From: Asterias rubens
Taxonomy: Eukaryota
Reading direction: 5' to 3'
DNA: 64,000 nucleotides
NCBI RefSeq assembly: GCF_902459465.1
Contig: NC_047064.1
Span: forward strand, 22,134,001-22,198,000
This document shows, piece by piece, positions 44,803-54,190 of the stretch (its first letter is position 1; the number at the start of each line of letters is the position of its first letter). The position numbers were made by a program, and so were the translations under genes. Under the pieces are notes generated by a model. It saw only the letters and a program-made list of their open reading frames with translations. It ran no database searches and had not been told where the DNA came from.

Positions 44803-47800
44803 TCATTCTTCTTCTTTGAGGTATTGGTAAGCAGATGAGAAGTCTTTATGACTGTAGCCTTTATTACACATGACTCTGTAGATCTGATGAGCTAATGATC
44901 CTAGAGGTGTTGGTGTCTTTGTGTTGGTCGCAGCGTTCTGAGCTAAGCCGAGATCCTGCAAAGAAGATAAATGATTTTCAATCATTTTGTTGAATAGTTT
45001 TTCTTTCAATCTGAGGGAAGATGTTGTTATAATATATTATGTAATAGATCCAAGGCGCCTCCAAAGGGACTGGCACTGTGACCGGTAGGCATGAAGATAC
45101 CTGTTATAATATATTATGTAATAGATCCAAGGCGCCTCCAAAGGGACTGGCACTGTGACCGGTAGGCATGAAGATACCTGTTATAATATATTATGTAATA
45201 GATCCAAGGCGCCTCGAAAGGGACTGGCACTGTGACCGGTAGGCATGAAGATACCTGTTATAATATATTATGTAATAGATCCAAGGCGCCTCCAAAGGGA
45301 CTGGCACTGTGACCGGTAGGCATGAAGATACCTGTTATAATATATTATGTAATAGATCCAAGGCGCCTCCAAAGGGACTGGCACTGTGACCGATAGGCAT
45401 GAAGATACCTGTTATAATATATTATGTAATAGATCCAAGGCGCCTCCAAAGGGACTGGCACTGTGACCGGTAGGCATGAAGATACCTGTTATAATATATT
45501 ATGTAATAGATCCAAGGCGCCTCCAAAGGGCCTGGCACTGTGACCGATAGGCATGAAGATACCTGTTATAATATATTATGTAATAGATCCAAGGCGCCTC
45601 CAAAGGGACTGGCACTGTGACCGGTAGGCATGAAGATACCTGTTATAATATATTATGTAATAGATCCAAGGCGCCTCCAAAGGGACTGGCACTGTGACCG
45701 CTAGGCATGAAGATACCTGTTATAATATATTATGTAATAGATCCAAGGTGCCTCCAAAGGGACTGGCACTGTGACCGGTAGGCATGAAGATACCTGTTAT
45801 AATATATTATGTAATAGATCCAAGGTGCCTCCAAAGGGACTGGCACTGTGACCGGTAGGCATGAAGATACCTGTTATAATATATTATGTAATAGATCCAA
45901 GGTGCCTCCAAAGGGACTGGCACTGTGACCGGTAGGCATGAAGATACCTGTTATAATATATTATGTAATAGATCCAAGGTGCCTCCAAAGGGACTGGCAC
46001 TGTGACCGGTAGGCATGAAGATACCTGTTATAATATATCATGTAATAGATCCAAGGCGCCTCCAAAGGGACTGGCACTGTGACCGGTAGGCATGAAGATA
46101 CCTGTTATAATATATTATGTAATAGATCCAAGGCGCCTCCAAAGGGACTGGCACTGTGACCGGTAGGCATGAAGATACCTGCTTAAAGAAATCAAACCAA
46201 GGGAGACTTTTATCAAATTGCTTACATAATTGGTTGGTGCACTTGGCTGCGGATCAAGAAGAAAAAACAAATTTCCCTGTAAAGATGGTGTAAATCAATA
46301 TTCAACAATTATGTAAGAGCGCCTCTTGTAACCAGCTACATCGACCCATATGTGACCACTGCCCGAGATCAAAGGCGCCTAATTTTCCTAAGAGGGGAAA
46401 ACCGGGAGCTCAGAAAAAAACCTAATTGCATAGGAGAACAATGACACATATGGCCAAACCAGGGCCAGGGTGGTGAGAGGCAAGTGCTTCACGCACAGGC
46501 CACAATTGTTAGCTTCTTTTTATAGAAAATTTGCCTTAAAATGAAGCTACCTTTGTCATGAGAGCTGTACTGAATCCACCCTTGTAGTTATTGCTGGAGG
46601 GGACCCCATCAAGCACCCCTGGTACTGGGTTATAGGTGTCACTAGACCAACTACGCCCACTACTGGTGTTTAAAATCTGGGCTAACATCATTGGGTCAAG
46701 ACCTAACCTGTAAATGGATGGAGAGAATGGCACAAATAATCTTCAAAATCACTTTTAATGATCAGTCATTATGTACTAATTTTGGTTCAAATGCTTCTAA
46801 TTGAGAACCAAGTTTTTTACGGCCATTAACCGAGCACATCATTCTCAGAAAAATTGCAACTTCAACAGAATATTTTGAGGCCTCGGAATGGAGAAGGTCA
46901 ATGTCAAATCCAAAATAAATAATTGTAAAAACTGAAAGAACCCACATACCTGATGCCCAAATTCATCGTCTCTGACGTTCCTATCATAGCTATACCCAAC
47001 ATCATATTGTTGCATATCTTGGCCGCCTGGAAATATAAAAATAATCAAAAATGAAATAAGATGTACTAGTTCTCTCTTGATTTCCATGTACTTTTATGAT
47101 CTTGGCCTTGTCCCCTATATGTAGCCCATCATGAATACAGATACCAATGTTATAACCATGAAGGTCAGTATATCGTCCCTCGCAGCATTCACATCTAAGA
47201 CAAGACAGTCCACTATAAAGCCAACCTACCTGACCGGTACCCACTGGTCCAGTGTTGACTACATTCTTCCCCATGCATTGTAGGAGTTCCTTGGCTGCTT
47301 CAAACTCTTCAGGCTTCCCTCCAACCATGAAGGTCAGTATAGCGTCCCTCGCAGCATTCACACCTAAGACAAGACAGTCCACTATAAAGCCAACCTACCT
47401 GACCGGTACCCACTGGTCCAGTGTTGACTACATTCTTCCCCATGCATTGTAGGAGTTCCTTGGCTGCTTCAAACTCTTCAGGCTTCCCTCCAACCATGAA
47501 GGTCAGTACAGCGTCCCGCGCAGCATTCACATCTAAGACAAGACAGTCCACTATAAAGCCAACCTACCTGACCGGTACCCACTGGTCCAGTGTTGACTAC
47601 ATTCTTCCCCATGCATTGTAGGAGTTCCTTGGCTGCTTCAAACTCTTCAGGCTTCCCTCCAACCATGAAGGTCAGTACAGCGTCCCGCGCAGCATTCACA
47701 TCTAAGACAAGACAGTCCACTATAAAGCCAACCTACCTGACCGGTACCCACTGGTCCAGTGTTGACTACATTCTTCCCCATGCATTGTAGGAGTTCCTTG

Positions 47801-50800
47801 GCTGCTTCAAACTCTTCAGGCTTACCTCCAACCATGAAGGTCAGTATAGCGTCCCTCGCAGCATTCACATCTAAGACAAGACAGTCCACTATCAAGCCAA
47901 CCTACCTGACCGGTACCCACTGGTCCAGTGTTGACTACATTCTTCCCCATGCATTGTAGGAGTTCCTTGGCTGCTTCAAACTCTTCAGGCTTCCCTCCAA
48001 CCATGAAGGTCAGTACAGCGTCCCGCGCAGCATTCACACCTAAGACAAGACAGTCCACTATAAAGCCAACCTACCTGACCGGTACCCACTGGTCCAGTGT
48101 TGACTACATTCTTCCCCATGCATTGTAGGAGTTCCTTGGCTGCTTCAAACTCTTCAGGCTTCCCTCCAACCATGAAGGTCAGTACAGCGTCCCGCGCAGC
48201 ATTCACACCTAAGACAAGACAGTCCATATTTATTTGTTTATTTCATTAACTATTCCTGTAGGTGCATTTTGTCATTCAACATTGCCCTCCACTGAAGGGA
48301 GGGCCACAGACCAGGCCCCATTTTCATAGAGCTGTTAAGAAAATACTCAAGCAAAAGTTGAGTGGGGCACCAGTTGAAACAATGAACACTTTATGAAATT
48401 TTGGCTGGTAACCAGTTTTTTTAAAGCAATTTTTGTCTGTGCTTAGCAAGTTTGTATGCTTATAGACTCTATGACACTGAGCCTAGCTGTTTAAGCATAT
48501 TTTCTGTGCTTACTATAGCAGAAAAGCAATCACTAGCAAATGTGTATTTTAACAATCCAGAAAATTTGACAGCCTAAATTTCTTGCTAACCTTTGAAAAG
48601 CAAGTTTCTCTAATATAGGTAGCACAAACATGTTTTGTGTGCTTAGGGTTAGCAGTGCTATGACTTGGAAACGCAGTAAGCACACAATCGGCTGTTAAGC
48701 AGCTCTATGAAATTAGGCCCAGAGAGTGAGGCCTTGTCCAAACTGGTGGTTTCTGCTACAGCTTAAACTGTTGCTCAAGTGTTGCTAAGGACATCCTAAA
48801 CTTCAAAGCATGATGAAGTGGTGGTCCAGCCGCAGCAGTAGCTACAAGTTCGTGCCTAGCCGAGTTGCTATCGAGATTTCAGCATTCATTACTTACCACC
48901 AGATACTGGAGCGTCTAAGTACACAGCGCCTTTCTTGTCTGCTTGAGCAGCGACATCTTTTGCAACTGAAGGATCAATGGTGCTGCTATCAATGATTAAA
49001 GTGCCTTTTTTCACAGTTCTGAAAAAGCGTAAAAATTTTTTTTTAAAGGTGTGCTTAACATTTGTTAAGTTGAAAGAGTTCACAGATTTACACCAAACTA
49101 AAAAAATAGTTTAAAGATGATCAAGGTGGAAAGCTTGCCTTAAAATATTTTTGCTTGAAATACTTTAGTTCTTGCAAAATGAGTAAAACAATTAGGCTTG
49201 ATCTTTCAAGTCTAAAATTCAGTTTTTTATTTAGTGATGGTTTTGTCACCCCATAAAACATCTTATTTATTGGAAGAGTAATTCATTTCAATTCGCTAGT
49301 TTCAAAACACACACCTCTAATAACACCATTAAAAATGTGCTACCATTATAGGTTGTCTGATTTTGATCAATATGAAAAATCTAGTGTATGGTTTAGGAAG
49401 TGATTTTTTTGCACATTTATCTTTTGCATGCTTCTTTTGATTGCATGGCAAATAAAATACGCAATGGTAGTTTGAGGATTTCCAATACTCACGATAGTAT
49501 GCCATTCCTGCTGTTATACGCCTCAAGAACGTTGGGACTAGACGGTAACATGGTCACGATACGATCAACTTTCTCAGCAACCTCTGCTGCCGTGTCAGCG
49601 ATCTGTGCACCCTTGCCTTGCAGCTCGCTGACAGCCTCTGGGTAAACGTCATGAACAATGAGCGGGTAGCCTTGTTTTATAAGGTTCTTGGCCATGTGGG
49701 CGCCCATGTTACCCAGGCCGATGAACCCAACAGGCGTCATGGAGGCCTGGAGAGGAAGAATTAAACAATCAATGATTAATAAATCAGAATTTACGAGGGT
49801 GGTCAGGTTGGCATACTGGTATCTTTCTTTGCCTTCAACCTCTAAGAATCATATCGGGGCACTGTGTGAGTTGGGTTTTCAGTCCCTACCTGACTGCATG
49901 GGTTTTCCCTCAAGGTTTTCCTCCCGCATCTAAAACTGAAACTTCTTCATTGTCTTCTCTGCATTGGGTTCTTGGTTAGTACAGTGATTAAGTTCATGTT
50001 TCTGAGGGTTCTTGGCTTCACAACAAAATTTAATAAACCATATGAAATTAATTATACCGAATTATGCTCAAAGTGCCAACCGAGACAAAGTACTCAGGAG
50101 GGGGGGGGGGACACCTAGGATTGTTACTCTCACCTACTGTACTAGAGGTCAAAAGGAGGTTGTATTTTTATTTATTTATAAAATAATCCGTATGAATCTC
50201 ACCTTCTGCTGTGAAGACCCTGGTGGGAAGAGAGTAAAATATATCAGAAATTTGGAAATGACTAATGACAAACACCAATAATTGATGCAAACTAGACCCA
50301 GTAACTGGGGCGCTGTACTCCTTTTTTCGAAATTTTGACCGAGAATGTAAAAATTTCGAAAAAAGGAGTACAGCGCCCCAGTTACTGGGTCTAGATGCAA
50401 ACTACATATTTTGTGTCTCTAGTCTAACATAATAAGAGTCTTAAATTCAAAACAATATCATTTGAACATAAATAAACCGATCGTCAGCCGTAAATGAAAA
50501 TAGGTTCTAAAGAATTTTCATGATACGGCTGACGATCGGCTTATTATGGTCAATTAATATACGTTTGAATGTGTGTGTGTGTACTGTAAACATTGCTCAG
50601 GTACCTTTACTTTTAACCAAGGGCTGGGCCCAATTTCTTAAATTAGCTTGCAATGTGTACACTGTACTGTGTAGGTAACTTTAATCACAAAAACTAGATA
50701 AGTACAGCAGAAAAGTATGGCCTTAAAATAAAATAACAGAATAAGGTTACCACCACAAGACTTATGACTTAACATTGCTGTGACTGGTGCAGTTTTTTTC

Positions 50801-51185
50801 TGCCCAACAGCTTTATGAAACTGGGCCCTGGTTTAGTTTTAGTGTTTAACCAAACATCTCCATGAACCAACCATAGCGCAAGTCTGTCCTTGCTATTATT
50901 TTACTAATAATAGACAAGGGCCCCTACGTACGTATGACTAATGTACATGATCGCAGGAATAGTAAAGCGAATATAATACGGTGAACGTATTATTAAACAG
51001 AATGAATCCCGGTTTTTTTTACAGGAAATCGAAATGATTTATGCCAAAATAAATTATGTCAAGCAACAATGTGATGCTCATTTACCTGAAAAGCCTCTAT
51101 GATTTTCATATCTCAGTTTCGTTTGGCCGAAAACAGTTACATTTTGCAGCACCCTTTGCGACGCGATCCTACACAGGGAAGCCAT
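44803..51185 (-). CDS. HIBADH: 3-hydroxyisobutyrate dehydrogenase, mitochondrial; 8-exon model in which exon 5 exists in six tandem copies
   Basis: Exons 51086-51185 ([14 protein letters not shown].., targeting-peptide-like), 50203-50219 (17-nt microexon), 49493-49746 ([12 protein letters not shown] Rossmann motif), 48897-49018 ([16 protein letters not shown]), one of 48075-48208 / 47906-48039 / 47737-47870 / 47568-47701 / 47399-47532 / 47230-47363, then 46950-47026 (AAKICNNMM), 46551-46707 ([16 protein letters not shown]), 44803-44955 (DLGLAQ..YLKEEE-stop). Confidence 0.94.
45026..46181. repeat. 77-bp minisatellite, 15 copies, in the last HIBADH intron
   Basis: Unit gttataatatattatgtaatagatccaaggcgcctccaaagggactggcactgtgaccggtaggcatgaagatacct; starts at 45026, 45103, 45180; 1156 / 77 = 15. 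Confidence 0.97.
47154..48226 (-). repeat. 169-bp tandem array = 134-nt HIBADH coding exon + 35-nt GT..AG spacer; 6 full copies and 1 partial
   Basis: Minus-strand unit: ..tcttag|(g/a)tgtgaatgctgcg..ggtaccggtcag|gtaggttggc..; period 169. Confidence 0.95.
48315..48719. mobile_element. Degenerate Harbinger-like MITE(s), family H
   Basis: ggccccattttcatagagctgttaag at the left end and ttaagcagctctatgaaattaggccc at the right; possibly two adjacent copies. Confidence 0.55.
50203..50219 (-). CDS. HIBADH: 17-nt microexon of HIBADH (encodes G-S-S-Q-Q-K junction)
   Basis: Minus strand tattttactctcttcccaccag|ggtcttcacagcagaag|gtgagat. It bridges the phase-1 end of exon 1 to the phase-0 start of the next exon. 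Confidence 0.75.
50293..50393. mobile_element. 101-bp hairpin MITE with 44-bp perfect TIRs and a 9-bp TSD (Mutator-like signature)
   Basis: TIR tagacccagtaactggggcgctgtactccttttttcgaaatttt (50293-50336) and its reverse complement (50350-50393); GATGCAAAC at 50284-50292 and 50394-50402. Confidence 0.85.
50461..50555. repeat. Imperfect inverted repeat (small foldback remnant)
   Basis: ataaaccgatcgtcagccgta .. tacggctgacgatcggcttat. Confidence 0.7.
50627..50827. mobile_element. Diverged Harbinger-like MITE (family H)
   Basis: ggcccaatttc .. gaaactgggcc, with CTG on both flanks. Confidence 0.65.
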
Positions 51186-52989
51186 CTTGCATACTGTTGA
51201 TGTTGGATGACCGTGTCATCGTGACCTCGATTGACCTCATCCAGGTCATGCATTATTCATTACAATAATCGACTGTGAAAAGTTCACACAGAAAACAAAC
51301 AAATTTTGAACTTATTCATAATATTGTGCATAATTAGGCACTTCACTTATGAATTTTTAACAGAAACGTATAATAGTTTTAAAACAATGGATTTTTAAAC
51401 AATTTTTGAGATTTGTTTTTACAATTGAAATCCTTGATATTTCCACAAAGTATTTGCAAATCATGAAGGACAAGAATTTAGGGCAATTAATTAATTCATC
51501 AATAAAAGTTGTTTGGGTTGGATTGACTAGAATGTCCGCAGGGAGCAAAAAATAATATAATTCCCCGGAAACATCTAGTGATTTTATCTGAATAAATAAA
51601 AACAACCTAAACACACACATCAGACAAAACCCAGCACACTTTAATATTTTATCATAAAGTCACGTTTTATTCAAAGTAGTATGTATACAGAAATATTGTT
51701 TGTACCATTATGAATTTATATAAGGCACTTTCTACTGTGAAATTACATGATGGAAAATGTGATATGGTTTTAATATTTTCCATAAAAAAAACTTTTTCCC
51801 CATACTCATCCTCTGGTAAAGGAAAAGTATATATATTCTGTTATACTGCACTCTAATTTTACTGCACTTCACTTGTGAGTTCGCATAATCGGCTAAATTT
51901 CCTGCCACTCATACGTGTTTTGTTTTTTTAAACCACTCAAATTGTTTCTAAAAAACTCCTCTCTAGAGAAAAATTTGAAGACAAAAACCTTGTAATATGA
52001 GGAAGCACTGTAGCATTATCATTATGATTTCCTTTCTTGGGGGAGGGGAGACACATCATGAGAATAACCTGGGTATGGCAATTCTTACGCACTTCAAAAA
52101 CTTAAATGGCAACAAGTTAGCAATCCTATACTTAACAAAACTATCGACTGAGTTATGTCTAACTATAATAATATAATAACTATTACAACAAAACAAATAA
52201 TATTTGTGAATTTTAATGGTATTTCATTACTTGAAAATGATTTCTTGTACGAAAAGTGTGAAACGCAATGGCAAATTCCATGGCAATTGGCAACTTCTTG
52301 AGTTGAAAAACAGTCAACAAAAAACCTTAATTTAAATAAGAATATCAGCTTCAAAGAGAAAATACATCTTAAATATTTTTTTAATAAACTGTATGTGAAT
52401 TGATTACTGATGGTGGTATTTGCAAACACAAATTAGTAGTTTATATTTCAAATTATTTGCATTGATTATTATATGTTAAAATTAAATTTGTATTAATAAT
52501 TGCATCATGATTATAACTTGAAAAGTACAAACTCAAAATCGGAAACGAAACTCCATCATCCTTTTTCCCAAAAGAGTAAGATTCTTCCAATCCTCAATTT
52601 TGTTCAGCCAGGATATATATAACAATTCCACCATGACCATCTTTTTACCATGACAGTTATGTGCAAATCGGTGAACATTATTTTCTATCTTACCAATGTG
52701 GTGCACAGCCTATAGGAACACTAAACAATAGCACTGGGTATTTTGTTGAAACTTTAATTTAAACTTTTATAAGCAATCCATTTCAATGACTATGCTTTTA
52801 TGGCAATATGTGGTGTACATGGTACATAGACAAAACAATAATATAAAAGTAGCAGACACTTATAACGCGCAACACCTATAAGAATACACCCTACTGCGCA
52901 TACGGACAATTTAAAATAAAAGAAACAAAAAATTCAAAATATTTCTTGTAATTGTGAAAACGAATCTAAAATAATGGAGCCTTTTGTGT

Positions 52990-53362
52990 TTAAAGGCAGT
53001 GGACACTAACTCAAAATAATTATTAGCATAAAACCTTACTTGGTAACAAGTATTGGGGAGAGGTTGATGGTATAAAACATTGTGAGAAACGGCACCCTCT
53101 GAAGTAACGTACATGTAGTTTTCAAGAATTGCTCGTATTTGATTTCAATACCTCAGATTTAGAATTTGAGGTCTCGAAATCAACCATCAAAACGCACACA
53201 ACCTCGTGTTACAGGGGTGATTTTTCTTTCATTATTATCTCGCAACTTCGACAACCAATTGAGCACAAACTTTCACAGGTTTGTTATTTTATGCATATGT
53301 TGAGATACACCAAGTGAGAAAACTGGTCTTTGACAATTACCAATAGTGTCCAGTGTCTTTAA
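52990..53362. mobile_element. Kolobok/T2-like MITE K1, copy e
   Basis: ttaaaggcagtggacac .. aattaccaatagtgtccagtgtctttaa; shared body. Confidence 0.85.
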
Positions 53363-54190
53363 TTTCAATGACACGGATTTGTCTTCAATTTACTGTTTTC
53401 TCATAACCTTTTTCTTGTTTTCTATTTACAAATATAAAAAAAATTCCCTTTCAATTTAAACGTTATATTTACACTTAATATTGAGCCCATAAGAGTATTA
53501 ACATGTGAAGAAAATTATCCTTATAGAAAACAGTTGCATGTTTACAAAATATATCAACGTTGGATATAAAAGTGTTAAAGATAATTTCCACAGATAATTA
53601 TGTTTTGTACAAAAACTACAAAATAAAACTATTACATATGATCCCGTTTGACATCCTGATGCTGATGTTCGCAATGTTTATTTACTCAGTGTTTTCAAAA
53701 GACCTGAAGGAAGAAACAATCTGCAGGCTACTTGGTTGGATTCGAACCCCCGACCCATGTCATTCTGGAGCTTGTTTCTTTACCACTTGACCACTGTGTG
53801 TAGTGTCAAGGGACCACATTGTGTGAGGGTATAAACCTGAAATCAAATCTTTATCCCTGATGTACTTTTTAAATCAATGAAGGCTGTGTCCGATTAAGCG
53901 ACTCTGGCTATACAGCTAAGGCTACGGCTATGGCTGGATCACAATGTCATCATGCATTGAAGTATAGGATGCCCTTAACAACAGTCGCAGCCATATGTAT
54001 AGCCAAAAATTTTGACCTGCATAGCCTTAAAACTATAAGTTGTTTATTCAATTTGTAAAAATCCGAACCAACACTTTTACTGGTGACTATTTAAAGGGAA
54101 TTTTCATTTGTAGGGCATTTGGTTTTGGGACTGTCACTATTGAGGCTGTTGTGCCATGGCAAGTGAGGAAATATGAGTTGTTCTTTATGT

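Noticed and set aside
45026-46181. CRISPR-like array
   Set aside because: Units are contiguous and near-identical, with no spacers.
47002-48227. Six separate small dehydrogenase genes, as the ORF track suggests
   Set aside because: Each ORF is one duplicated internal exon plus read-through of the 35-nt spacer; none has the Rossmann fold or its own start context.
53875-54035. Possible MITE with aaggct/agcctt ends downstream of the TRPM2 stop
   Set aside because: The terminal match is too short and degenerate, and I found no second copy or TSD.
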